From: a virus
IMG/VR virus record: IMGVR_UViG_3300014911_000001
Span: 64,001 to 128,000 of that record
Length of the DNA stretch: 64,000 bases
Direction: 5' to 3' (one strand)
A model generated the notes under the pieces. The model had not been told where the DNA came from, ran no database searches, and worked only from the letters and a program-made list of their open reading frames with translations. The translations under genes were made by a program, and so were the position numbers. Shown here piece after piece: positions 35,718 to 46,176 of this stretch (the stretch's first letter is position 1; every line of letters starts with the position of its first letter).

Positions 35718-36439
35718 CAACGCAGATAATAAAAAGTTTACGCTCCCAAGTTTTTATACCGCCGTCGTTGCAGGAAATGGAGCATATTGCTACACGTATG
35801 CGACATTTTACACAGTTGAAGCAGGCACGTAGCGCGTTCCAGCGGGCGTGGAGTTTCGCACGCAAGACTGGTTTAGGAGCTGAGTATATTGCAGCAGCGC
35901 GCCCATATATTTTAGGTAAGTATTGGAAAGCTGTAACTGGAATATCAGGTGGTTATAAAGGTAAGGTATGGGCTGAGGAGGTTTTTAAAACGCTGAGTAC
36001 GCACTATGCTAGGTTTACAAGGGCGCCATTAACCACAACTATGGGTGTGCGTCAGGGATTGCGTACACCATTACTTGTATCGGAGTCGATTTTAGGTAAG
36101 CGAGTTATATCATTGAAATCTGTTGCTGGTGCTGCAGCGGCTTCCCGTGCTGCTGCACAGGCTGGTGCTATAGGCGCTGCAAAGGGAGTAACAAATAGGG
36201 TAATGAGGAATCGTTTATTGAAGCGTATTGCCCAGGGAACATTTAAGTTTGCACAGACCAAAACAGGCGCATTTACAGCTGCTGTGCTCGGCGGGCTTAT
36301 AGCATTAACAATTGCTGGTGCAAGTTATGTAAGAAGGAATCCATCAGAGGTTGCTTTGGCCCAGCTTAGGCAGCGTAGGGCCACACGTTATCCAAGGGCG
36401 CCTTCTGGTTTGGTCTTTGCCCTACATGCAACAAGATAA
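35714..36439 (+). CDS. basic Ala-rich protein with a hydrophobic helix
   Basis: Composition; ends SGLVFALHATR. Confidence 0.6.
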   Translation: MTTQIIKSLRSQVFIPPSLQEMEHIATRMRHFTQLKQARSAFQRAWSFARKTGLGAEYIAAARPYILGKYWKAVTGISGGYKGKVWAEEVFKTLSTHYARFTRAPLTTTMGVRQGLRTPLLVSESILGKRVISLKSVAGAAAASRAAAQAGAIGAAKGVTNRVMRNRLLKRIAQGTFKFAQTKTGAFTAAVLGGLIALTIAGASYVRRNPSEVALAQLRQRRATRYPRAPSGLVFALHATR

Positions 36440-36440
36440 T

Positions 36441-38897
36441 ATGGAAGGGAAAAGGTTATCATTAAAAGAGCTAAGTGCTGATGAACTTTTGCGCATACGC
36501 AAATCCGCTTCTTACTTTGTTGAATTATTCCTGCGTGATCCAACCGACCCGCGCCGGCCTCTAAAACTCTACGATTACCAGCGTGAGGTTTTGGATTATC
36601 CCGGTAAGAAGGTTGTTATAAGAGGTGGCCGTGGTGTCAGTAAAACCACGATGATGGCATGGAAGGCATTACACCGTGCCTTCACGATACCAAGGCATGT
36701 TATTATTTATTTAGCACAATCGGAGACGATGCTGCTCAGATTTTTTACTGATTACCTTGACCGCTTCATTACAGATTCACCTCTAAGTAAATCAAAGGTT
36801 GCCTACCGCAAGCAGCCTCAGTATGAGATTGTATTGAGTAATGAGTCAAAAATTTTGGGGTTTGTTGGTAATTCCACGCAGACAATCAGAGGCCCGCGGG
36901 CTGGTACCATTCTTATTGATGAATGTTTTCACGGTATGACGAAGGTCTTAACACAGCGCGGGCTTATTCCCATCAGTCGTGTTAGGGATGGTGATTATGT
37001 TCTTGATGCTGATAGCAAATGGGTGCGTGTTATCCGTGCTGCGATGACGGGTGTTAAAGAAATGTGGGTTATTGAGCTACCTATATCAGATGAAAAATTG
37101 GTTGTTACACCTAATCATCCTGTTTTAACAAAGGATTCAGGATTTCAGCCTCTTAATATAGTTGATGAGATACCGATTAGTTGTCGTTATTATGAGCCTT
37201 TTGAGTATCCTAAGGAAGCGGCGCTGGCGCTTATTTATGCACGATATATAAGCGAGCGTGAATCGCTTGTATTTAATAATGAAGGTGTGCGGCTTATTAT
37301 ATCTGGTTATCCCAGATTCCGCACATTTTATGAGCGTTTCACGGCGGGCAGACATATTAATCCTGTGCTTATTGAGAAGGATTTTATAGACGGAAAAATT
37401 GATCAGCGTCTTTTTGTATATTATCTAGCTGCATTTGTTAATAGATTTCCTAAGATTGTCATCGATTATCTGACGGGGTTGGGTTATAAGGTTATAGCGG
37501 GTTCGCTGGCTAGTGATGATGTACCTAGATATGAAAAGGAGATAGGTTTTCCATTTTTTGAGTCAGGATGGTCAACGATTGTAAAATTAGCTGATAAGTT
37601 GAACCGTGATCCTGTTGAGTTATATAAGGAAATGAATTGGTACAATACAGGCATATTTGTTCCTTATAAGAAGAAATCTACCATTAAGGCGGCGGCTTAT
37701 AACCTTACTACCGAATCGGGGACTTATTGTGTCTTTATTGGTGGATTCCGCATTCCTGTTCACAATTGTGATTATATACCTGAGCGTAAGTTTGTAGAGG
37801 TATTTGGTACAACAATGTCAATGGAGGATGTTGTTATATGGTTATCATCCACACCCAGTCCTAAGAGAGGTTACTTTTGGCGTGCGTGTAATGACGAACG
37901 CATGGGATTCAAGGAGTTTCATTTACCAAGTTGGTTGCATCCGACATGGACGTGGATGAAGGATGCTGAGAGGTTGGGCATACCTATCGAAGAGACAACA
38001 GAGTATCAAACTCGTGTTGAGTTTCCTAACCAAGCTGACTGGTTGCGTGAAATAGCCGCTGAGTTTGTCGATCTTGAGGAGAGTGCTATACCATCAAAAT
38101 ATATAGATGAAGCATTCCAGCATTATGACGGTGAGGTGAGCAGGAAGCGCGGCTTCCGCATCCTTGGTATCGATTGGAATGCGATGGCAGCAGGTGTTGT
38201 TATGGTGTTAGTAGAATACGATAATAAAAATAATGTATTTAGGGTTATCCATTCAGAAACGATTTCTAATGTTGAATATCATCACCAGAAGGCATTGCAA
38301 CGTATTGTTGAGATGGTTAAACAATATCGCATTGATGCTATTGCAGCTGATTGGGGTTATGGAGAAAGTGATATACAGCAGCTTCAGCTTATTGGTAGAG
38401 CTAAAGGGATTCGCGCGCTTACCGACATCATGGCCGTAAAGTTTAATGAAAAGATGAAGATACCGCTTTTTTCGGGTGGTTATGATGAATGCTATGCTAA
38501 GGAATACCTTATGCGGTTGGTCAGGAAGTTATTTGAGATGGGTGCTATCATGCTGCCTCCATCGGAGGATGAAAGGTTGCCTGAAAATTACGCTGATGCT
38601 ACGAATATGTTGGGATACCAGTTGCGTAATTTGCGTGCTAAGGTAACGGGGACCGGTCACCTTACCTATGTTGTTGAACCAGACCATAAATTTGCTGCAT
38701 TTTTGGCTGCTGTCTATGGATTTTATAGGACATTCCAACCGCGTATAGATCCGGTGCAGGGGCTTATTATTTATAATGATTTAGAACGGCAAGAACAGAA
38801 GTTGGATCATGTTCCTAGTATAACATTACAGCCGAAGAAGACACAGCGGTTTGTCCATAGAGTTACAAATAGGTATAAGCCAATAAGAACTGTATGA
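36441..38897 (+). CDS. terL: terminase large subunit containing an intein
   Basis: YDYQ, GGRGVSKT, ILIDE, SSTP, RNase H-like LGIDWN and ADWGYG. Confidence 0.93.
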   Translation: MEGKRLSLKELSADELLRIRKSASYFVELFLRDPTDPRRPLKLYDYQREVLDYPGKKVVIRGGRGVSKTTMMAWKALHRAFTIPRHVIIYLAQSETMLLRFFTDYLDRFITDSPLSKSKVAYRKQPQYEIVLSNESKILGFVGNSTQTIRGPRAGTILIDECFHGMTKVLTQRGLIPISRVRDGDYVLDADSKWVRVIRAAMTGVKEMWVIELPISDEKLVVTPNHPVLTKDSGFQPLNIVDEIPISCRYYEPFEYPKEAALALIYARYISERESLVFNNEGVRLIISGYPRFRTFYERFTAGRHINPVLIEKDFIDGKIDQRLFVYYLAAFVNRFPKIVIDYLTGLGYKVIAGSLASDDVPRYEKEIGFPFFESGWSTIVKLADKLNRDPVELYKEMNWYNTGIFVPYKKKSTIKAAAYNLTTESGTYCVFIGGFRIPVHNCDYIPERKFVEVFGTTMSMEDVVIWLSSTPSPKRGYFWRACNDERMGFKEFHLPSWLHPTWTWMKDAERLGIPIEETTEYQTRVEFPNQADWLREIAAEFVDLEESAIPSKYIDEAFQHYDGEVSRKRGFRILGIDWNAMAAGVVMVLVEYDNKNNVFRVIHSETISNVEYHHQKALQRIVEMVKQYRIDAIAADWGYGESDIQQLQLIGRAKGIRALTDIMAVKFNEKMKIPLFSGGYDECYAKEYLMRLVRKLFEMGAIMLPPSEDERLPENYADATNMLGYQLRNLRAKVTGTGHLTYVVEPDHKFAAFLAAVYGFYRTFQPRIDPVQGLIIYNDLERQEQKLDHVPSITLQPKKTQRFVHRVTNRYKPIRTV
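36924..37766 (+). mobile_element. intein (281 aa) inserted right after the TerL Walker B DE
   Basis: Starts CFHGMTKV, block B VTPNHP, ends AYNLTT...VHN with +1 Cys. Confidence 0.92.
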
Positions 38898-40291
38898 AAA
38901 TATATGTAAGTAACATAAGTGAGGATGATGTTATATCTTATGAGGGGCGGCGCAACCGTGTGCTTGTAGTTTATGAAGGTGGCCGCAAGGATGTTGTCTA
39001 TGCTGAGTGTGGTAATGGATTCATTGATGTTGATACTGATAGGCGTGATATAAAGAAGATCAAGGGTGTGTTAAAGGGCGGGCGCTTAATCGACATTGAT
39101 GTCCATGTGGACATGTTTGATTTTATACCTGATGTTGTAGAAAAACCCACCAGAGAGCGCAGACCTGCTGAACCCTTAAAGGTTGAGACGCCAGAAACGC
39201 TGACACCTGAGAAGGAGGAAGAACTAAAATTAGAAATGTTGGGGATTCTTACCAGCATTATCACCGGTTTACAGTATGCGCATAATTTGAAGACGTTAAA
39301 TGAGGTTGAAAAAGTATTGGATGAGAAGCTTGCCAATTTATGCGTTAAATTTGACCCATCAGAGCGTCCTATGCTAGTTAAATCATTGGCTTTTGTTCGC
39401 GGGTGTAAGGAAAATCAGGTTGGTAATTGCGCTTATGTTGAGGATTTTAATAGAGCAATGAATATTATTAATGCCGCGCCTATATTATTAACAGGTACGA
39501 ACCCTTTATTAATACCTGCTAGTGAAAAGGTTCCTCGTTATAAACTACCGGCGGGGCTTCCTCCGAACATCATAGCACGTAAAGATTTTTATAGGCAGTT
39601 AACAGTTGACAGAGATGTATCAACAAGTGCTATTGAGGATTTAAGGAGCGTTCAGCTTATTGATGTATGGCGTATTATGATCCTTAAGGCTAGTATTGAA
39701 TTTTTGAAGTTATTGCGTAGCATATTTAGTGTTCTAAGCAAGGTACCGGGGTTAAAAGCGATCCCTCATACACTTGATAAATGGATTGAAGAATTGGATA
39801 AACAGTTATCACATTATATAGATCCTCAAGGTGATGTATATATAGGTAATGAAGGATATGTACCACCATTAGATCAAATTTTGCGTGAGGAGGCAGGTTA
39901 TACTAATAATAATGATATAAATAATGCTTTAGGGGAATATACACAGTTTATGCAAGAACTTGGCAGGGGTAGCTCTGTAGGTATAGGTGGTGTTGAATCT
40001 TCTAATGCCTTAACATATGCTAATACCATTATTAAATTTTTTGCAGCTGAGTTCCCCAAGCAGTATCCTGATAAGATGCATTTATTGACAGCAAAGTATT
40101 ATTTACCGCAAGCCAAGGATAAGGTTATGGCGGCAATTGGTACTGATTGGATGCACTTATGTACCCCTGAGAGGAAGGCTATAATGCGTGAGATTGAAGC
40201 GGATCCGCGGCTTAACTTTTACTGGGGTACTCTTATTAACCGTTTAGAGTCCGAGGAGGGTGTCCATTGGGTGATGGAGGAGAATGGCTAA
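38894..40291 (+). CDS. hypothetical protein
   Basis: 465-aa ORF with ATGA overlap. Confidence 0.75.
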   Translation: MKIYVSNISEDDVISYEGRRNRVLVVYEGGRKDVVYAECGNGFIDVDTDRRDIKKIKGVLKGGRLIDIDVHVDMFDFIPDVVEKPTRERRPAEPLKVETPETLTPEKEEELKLEMLGILTSIITGLQYAHNLKTLNEVEKVLDEKLANLCVKFDPSERPMLVKSLAFVRGCKENQVGNCAYVEDFNRAMNIINAAPILLTGTNPLLIPASEKVPRYKLPAGLPPNIIARKDFYRQLTVDRDVSTSAIEDLRSVQLIDVWRIMILKASIEFLKLLRSIFSVLSKVPGLKAIPHTLDKWIEELDKQLSHYIDPQGDVYIGNEGYVPPLDQILREEAGYTNNNDINNALGEYTQFMQELGRGSSVGIGGVESSNALTYANTIIKFFAAEFPKQYPDKMHLLTAKYYLPQAKDKVMAAIGTDWMHLCTPERKAIMREIEADPRLNFYWGTLINRLESEEGVHWVMEENG

Positions 40292-42389
40292 CCTTAGTGA
40301 AATATTAGCGGATGTTGAGGGCTATGTTTCGTCTCATTACCCTGATTATATAAGATTTTTGAATGGTAGATCCTATGAATTTTTAAGTACACCACCAGAT
40401 GATAGAGATGATTGGTGGAATTTTTGGTATCCAGCGTTGCGGGCTTCAACTCAGTATATATGCCAAGATATTTGGGAAACAGCGGAACATGATATAGAAA
40501 TTATATATTCGGAGTATGTTGCTAATATTGTTGTTGATTTGTTTGCTCATAGATTTCCTGATAGTGAAGTTTATTTAAGTAGACTTTGCACTGAAATAGC
40601 CAATTCCCGCGTACGCATTAGGTATGAGGGGGGTAGGTATATAACAGGAGATAGGTGGTCGCCGGAGGGATGGGAAAGAGAGGAAAATGAATCAGAATCA
40701 GATGAGGAAAGTGATTCATTTATTGATGATGTAAGAGATGCTATAGCACGTGGTGCAGAACATGCAAGAAGTTGGATTGAAACCCAAAGGGAACGTGTAA
40801 GTAATTGGAATAGACGCACATACGATAATGTAAGGCGGCGGCTTCGTGATATTAATGATGGTCTGGATGATACATGGGAACGGATGACAACACTGCCCCA
40901 TAATTGGCGTGATGGATTGGATAGTGTTAATGAGTTTTTGGATGGTATGTATAGTAGTATATCCCAATGGCGTGTTGATTGGGGGGCATTTAATGAAGCT
41001 CTAACTGATAAAGGATTTACAGTAAAGATATTAGGTACCCGTCATTTGGATTTATTATATAAACCTCATACATATATCAATGATGTATGGAAGGAATATC
41101 GTTCATGGGCGCGGGCTAATGGGTTGCCGTTAGATGTCAGCCATACGAATATAAGACGATTTTTAGCTCACAAGTGGGGATTAAAGTTTGATCCTAATGA
41201 TGTGGCTGTTGATGAAGGGCGTTTGGTTACAGTTACGGTAGGACGCCGTAAGCCGGAGAAATTTATCAGTATAAATTTTGGATTTTCTGATGCATGGGAT
41301 ATCATCAAGGAGGATGCTGTAGGTATATGGAATGAGTTTGCTGAACGCTATAATGTGCTAAAAAGTTTTGATTGGAAATATTATTTTATGACCCAGCTAC
41401 AGGAAATTGTCGATGAATTTGTAAAGATGCTTACAGTTGATCCTATCTATTTAGCTTGTTGTCTTTTAGATACTGGTTTGACATTAGAAAATTATGTTGA
41501 TCCAAAATTATTAAGCGCTATTGGTCGTATCCTTCAAATACTGACATATTCTCCATATATAGGTTTATCATTTGGTTTTGATTTTATGAAAGCTATTAAT
41601 GAGTCGTTAAGCTTTATGATTCGTACGGGGTGGGTTATATTTTTGAAATATACAGTATTTAATGCAGTTGCTGGGGTGTGGTATAAAATTGATCAATTTT
41701 TGTATGAGTTGGGAATGTGTATTGTTGATCCGGAACGTTCTGAAACCAAATGGTGTAAAGATTGGATGGCTATTCTTAGGTGCATTCCCTTAATGGATTT
41801 TCTGTATTATTTGTATAATAAATTAACAGGCATCAAGAATAGCATTTTGTCGTTTTATTTTCAATTATTAGATGATCTTAGATTTAGGGAGTTGAGATTC
41901 TTGGGTGATATACGTGCTATTTTTGCCAACGCTATTAATATAAATATTATTAATAAGTGGCGTGGGTTCTTCAATAAACTGTTGGCAATTGTTGATGCAC
42001 TTACTTTGTGTATATCGTCGGCTGATGTGCAGGATTATAGAGGGAGGTTTAGAGGATATAGAATGCCTATTGTACCAACACCCGGCGGTGAGCCTAGTGA
42101 TGAAGAACATATTAGTACCTCTGGACATGTACCAGGTCCAGGTGAATCGACGAGCACAGCACGTGAGTTTTACCGCAGGGCTGTAGGCGGTATAGATACC
42201 GAAGGTGCTATAGAGGCGGGAACTTCCATACATGACGTTATTGCCACAGTTGTACCAAATGAATTGTATAGAAGACTTGTGGAATGGTATAATTTTGTGC
42301 AAGAACACGTTCATACAGAAAGTAAGGATGAATGTGATCGCCGGTTGATAACCGGCTTGTTTAAGCTAATGGAGGACTTGTATGAATAG
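40284..42389 (+). CDS. hypothetical protein with helical, Cys-containing C half
   Basis: 701-aa ORF, GGAGG SD. Confidence 0.75.
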   Translation: MANLSEILADVEGYVSSHYPDYIRFLNGRSYEFLSTPPDDRDDWWNFWYPALRASTQYICQDIWETAEHDIEIIYSEYVANIVVDLFAHRFPDSEVYLSRLCTEIANSRVRIRYEGGRYITGDRWSPEGWEREENESESDEESDSFIDDVRDAIARGAEHARSWIETQRERVSNWNRRTYDNVRRRLRDINDGLDDTWERMTTLPHNWRDGLDSVNEFLDGMYSSISQWRVDWGAFNEALTDKGFTVKILGTRHLDLLYKPHTYINDVWKEYRSWARANGLPLDVSHTNIRRFLAHKWGLKFDPNDVAVDEGRLVTVTVGRRKPEKFISINFGFSDAWDIIKEDAVGIWNEFAERYNVLKSFDWKYYFMTQLQEIVDEFVKMLTVDPIYLACCLLDTGLTLENYVDPKLLSAIGRILQILTYSPYIGLSFGFDFMKAINESLSFMIRTGWVIFLKYTVFNAVAGVWYKIDQFLYELGMCIVDPERSETKWCKDWMAILRCIPLMDFLYYLYNKLTGIKNSILSFYFQLLDDLRFRELRFLGDIRAIFANAININIINKWRGFFNKLLAIVDALTLCISSADVQDYRGRFRGYRMPIVPTPGGEPSDEEHISTSGHVPGPGESTSTAREFYRRAVGGIDTEGAIEAGTSIHDVIATVVPNELYRRLVEWYNFVQEHVHTESKDECDRRLITGLFKLMEDLYE

Positions 42390-44802
42390 ATTGCTTAAGC
42401 AGTTATTGCAGCGTCTTGCAGGTAGGGACTTGAATGCGGAAGCGTTATCTAGTATCACTGCTGAGCTGCCTCGTGCGACAGTACATACGGTTAAGTATAT
42501 GGATCCAAACAGAAGTATTATTTATGACGAACCGCCGCGGCCTCGCAATGCTGTTATGATCCATCCGCATTTTGATATGCACCAGTTAGCACAAATCTAT
42601 GATTCTGTAGCGGGCGACCGGCCTATAATAGTTAAATTCAGAGATGATATAACTATAACAACACATGCTTTTTTATTTTCATGGATGGGTAGCCTGTTTG
42701 GTATAAGGAATGAACATCCATATGAGGTTGTTTACCCTGATGATCTAGAAACAATCGTACCTATATCAAGTGATGGGTTTGTGTTTACAGGGACCTTTAG
42801 GCCTGTAAAAAAGCTTATCCGTCATGCTGTTGATAAGGATTTGGTTATGTTCCGTAGCACATTAGGTGAAACGGTAGTAACAAAAGATCATTCTTTAGTA
42901 TTTATAGATGGAAGCACTGGCACTGTAGATGATGTTGAAAAAAAGGTGCCTGGTATTGTTGCATATGTAAAGGATGTATCATTTTCTAAGGCGATAACAT
43001 ATAAACATTCGACGAGCACATTTTTGGGATTCGCACGCAATAGAGTTGTCGTACATGCACCATCTCTGGCTGAATTTGTGAAGTTTATGATTGTATTATT
43101 TGAGCATGGTGATTATGGTGTTTTTAATGATCAGTTAGGGTGGCGGCTTCCCGTCTGCCCATTTTTAATAAGGTTAATTGATGATAATAATTATCAGGTT
43201 ACATATGATGACGAGTATGTTTTTGTACCGAATGATAGTGCATTAGGAGAGGTTCTTTCCTACTTGTTACCATATGGGTTGGATGCATTGCCAAAGTGGT
43301 TCTTTGATGAAAAGTTTATTAATATTGCTATATCAGTCTTTTATAATGAATGGGAAGGGTATTTAAGGAGTCATACACCATTAATTGCATCGTATATATC
43401 ATTTTTATTAAGGCATAAAGGTGTACAATTTGCGTTAAATTATGATGAGGACGGTTATAAATTCATGGATATACGCAATTTTGAGATTCCTATTATTTAT
43501 TCGGATATACAGGTGTTGCCATATATGAGTGATGATCCATATGTTTATGATGTATCAGTTGAAGGTGAGGTTTTTGTAGATCCCGTTGGATTTTTGACAT
43601 TACATAATACAGAGGCTATTGTCCGCCGCGGGATTGAGGAATATGTTATTCGTATCCCATGGCATGAGGTTGAGGTTATTAGTGATAGCGTAAAGGCTAA
43701 AAACCACTTATTGCGGCGGCTTCAAATTATGAGGCGCCGCTTCAACTGTGACCTATTAGGTGAATTTTCGCAGTCATTTATAAGACAATTATTATTATTT
43801 GGTAATGTTTTTATCAGGATCGTATATTCACGTGAAACCTATGAAGGTCGCAAGCTGCCACTCTATCCTGAATTGCTCTATCCACCTGATGTAGCTATAA
43901 TGTATGATATAAAGAGAGATAAGATTATTGGGTATACATATGATCGTTATGTATTTAAACCTGAACGCATTATTCATGTGACCTTAGCAAAGTTTCCTGG
44001 GTATTTTTATGGAAATTCTATCCTATCTGCAACTGTGGAGGATGTTAAGGTTCTCAGGTTATTGGAACAGCAAGCAGAGATTATGTCTGTTTTATATTCG
44101 TCGCCACAGATATTTTTGAAGGTTGGTACGCCAACGATACCAGCTGGGCGGCCTCCTAATGATCTTTTAGATAGACCGATGATGATTGATGCATTAACAG
44201 AGGAGGATTTAGCGCGTGAAGGGCGCCGGCTTGAAGGTTCGGAGCCCCATTCACTAAAAATTATTCCATATTATGATGAGCCTGTGGCTATATCGCCAGA
44301 GGCACCGATTGATTTGGAGCCGTTCTTGAAGCATTTTAAGAATCGTGTTTATCAAGCGCTTGGGATTGATCCTGTTATATTAGGTGACCCCCAAGGGTCA
44401 AATAGAGATACGTCTGTTATTGGTGAATCGGCGACGAATAAACGCATTGAATATATAGCGCGTCTTTGGCAGAGACATATTAATTTCATTATAAATGATA
44501 TATTTATGAGTGAGGTGCCTTATACAGAGCCTGTTTATGTGCATTTACCGAAGATTGATACAACAGATTACATGGCACGTATAAGATTAGGGCTGAACTT
44601 ATATCAAAATGGTATAATTACCAATGACGAAATGCGTCGTTTGTATCTTGGTTATGATCCGTTGAGTGATGATGAGCTTGCAAGAACCATTTTTGGTTTA
44701 ACGGGGCGCTTAGTAATTAACACAAATGAAATTGAGTCTCAGTTAAGCCCCGAGAATCAATATGGGAGGCAAATGGCGCCTCCTAAGGTGAAGAGGAGGT
44801 GA
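42382..44802 (+). CDS. portal protein containing an intein
   Basis: Lies between TerL and the protease; LLLFGNVF, IIH, YGNSIL, ALGIDPVILG, GIITNDEMR. Confidence 0.88.
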   Translation: MNRLLKQLLQRLAGRDLNAEALSSITAELPRATVHTVKYMDPNRSIIYDEPPRPRNAVMIHPHFDMHQLAQIYDSVAGDRPIIVKFRDDITITTHAFLFSWMGSLFGIRNEHPYEVVYPDDLETIVPISSDGFVFTGTFRPVKKLIRHAVDKDLVMFRSTLGETVVTKDHSLVFIDGSTGTVDDVEKKVPGIVAYVKDVSFSKAITYKHSTSTFLGFARNRVVVHAPSLAEFVKFMIVLFEHGDYGVFNDQLGWRLPVCPFLIRLIDDNNYQVTYDDEYVFVPNDSALGEVLSYLLPYGLDALPKWFFDEKFINIAISVFYNEWEGYLRSHTPLIASYISFLLRHKGVQFALNYDEDGYKFMDIRNFEIPIIYSDIQVLPYMSDDPYVYDVSVEGEVFVDPVGFLTLHNTEAIVRRGIEEYVIRIPWHEVEVISDSVKAKNHLLRRLQIMRRRFNCDLLGEFSQSFIRQLLLFGNVFIRIVYSRETYEGRKLPLYPELLYPPDVAIMYDIKRDKIIGYTYDRYVFKPERIIHVTLAKFPGYFYGNSILSATVEDVKVLRLLEQQAEIMSVLYSSPQIFLKVGTPTIPAGRPPNDLLDRPMMIDALTEEDLAREGRRLEGSEPHSLKIIPYYDEPVAISPEAPIDLEPFLKHFKNRVYQALGIDPVILGDPQGSNRDTSVIGESATNKRIEYIARLWQRHINFIINDIFMSEVPYTEPVYVHLPKIDTTDYMARIRLGLNLYQNGIITNDEMRRLYLGYDPLSDDELARTIFGLTGRLVINTNEIESQLSPENQYGRQMAPPKVKRR
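42604..43608 (+). mobile_element. intein (335 aa) in the portal
   Basis: Starts SVAGD, block B VTKDHSL, ends VYDVSV...LHN with +1 Thr. Confidence 0.88.
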
Positions 44803-44803
44803 T

Positions 44804-46150
44804 ATGGCTATAAAATATAGGGATGAAGATGGTAATCTTATTATAGAGGGTGTTGAAATATCACATCCCAATGTAGTTAATGATAATTTTAGGTTCTATG
44901 TTAATGCGGCTGAAAAAATAAATACTCTTTTGGAGCCGGCTCCTGTACCAGTGCTTTTATATCATCAGGATCATGTAGATCCGATAGGAGAGGTGAAGGA
45001 TGCTAAGTTTACTGACTCGGAGTATGTTGAGGGTGCAAAAGCTATTAGTGCTACGCTTGTAATAAAGGATGAGGAGGCGGCTAAAAAGTTTGAAAAAGGT
45101 TTATATAAGAGGTTTTCTATTGGGACAAAACCGAAGAAGGTTGTCTGCAGCATATGTGGCAAGGAACGTGGTGAATGTGAACATATAGTAGGCAAAATTT
45201 ATGATGGCAAGCTTTGTTATGATAAGGTTTTCGTTGATAGATTTCTGGAGGTATCTGTTGTTAATATTGCAGCTGATAAATTTGCTGTATTACACGAGAA
45301 GGATGATTTGAAAGATGCCCTTTTTGACGAAATAAATTTAGAATTAGACACGGAGGAAGATATGGCAGATAAGGACAAAACGATTGATACAGATTTCGTT
45401 GAATATGCTGAGAATATTTTAGGGGAGGATCTTAGTGAGGAGGAATTGAATGATCTTGAAACGATTATAGCGGGGCTTGATGAATGTGATGAGTGTGGTG
45501 ATGAGGATGTTGAAGATAGCGAGACAGAGGATAGGAAGCTTCCTCCTGCGGGATCAAAAGCACGTAAGAAAATGAAGACCACATTCTGCGGTCCTAATAA
45601 GACATTTCCTGTTCCTGATTGTAAACATGGTGCTGTCGCGTTGGCGATGCTTAATTGGCCGCGTGTCAAAGCAAAGTATAAAGGCCAGATTTCGAAGATA
45701 CGCGCTTGCATAATGAGAGTTGGCCGCAAGCTTGGCTGCGCATATGCGAAGAAGAAAAAGGATGAGCTTCAGGCAGCTCTTGATGATCTCAAGCAGATTG
45801 TTGATTCTATGAACCAGGCGCCGGCTTCACTCGATATAGATTTCACCCCCATTAATGAGCGTTTTGACCGTATTGAGGAAACGCTGGCTGAATTGGTGGC
45901 ACTTATGAAGGATCTTATAAAAGGTATAACGGATAAGATGACAGTACCTGTGCCTGTTAAGGAATATGCTGCTGGTGGCAAGCTTCTTGATGAGATTAAG
46001 GCATCACTTAGTGAAGCCGTGAAGGAAAACACTGATAAAATATTGGAGTTTTTATCCAAAGCTACATCGGAAACCGATGATACGAAGACCGATGATGAGG
46101 TACCTAATAAGGTACTTGATGGAAGTGTGTTTGGGAAAATAAAATCGTAA
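44804..46150 (+). CDS. prohead protease fused to a scaffold-like acidic/coiled-coil region
   Basis: VLLYH..PIG.V, FSIG, CSICG..CEH, LEVSVV. Confidence 0.85.
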   Translation: MAIKYRDEDGNLIIEGVEISHPNVVNDNFRFYVNAAEKINTLLEPAPVPVLLYHQDHVDPIGEVKDAKFTDSEYVEGAKAISATLVIKDEEAAKKFEKGLYKRFSIGTKPKKVVCSICGKERGECEHIVGKIYDGKLCYDKVFVDRFLEVSVVNIAADKFAVLHEKDDLKDALFDEINLELDTEEDMADKDKTIDTDFVEYAENILGEDLSEEELNDLETIIAGLDECDECGDEDVEDSETEDRKLPPAGSKARKKMKTTFCGPNKTFPVPDCKHGAVALAMLNWPRVKAKYKGQISKIRACIMRVGRKLGCAYAKKKKDELQAALDDLKQIVDSMNQAPASLDIDFTPINERFDRIEETLAELVALMKDLIKGITDKMTVPVPVKEYAAGGKLLDEIKASLSEAVKENTDKILEFLSKATSETDDTKTDDEVPNKVLDGSVFGKIKS

Positions 46151-46176
46151 ACTAAGTAATATTATAGGAGGAAATT

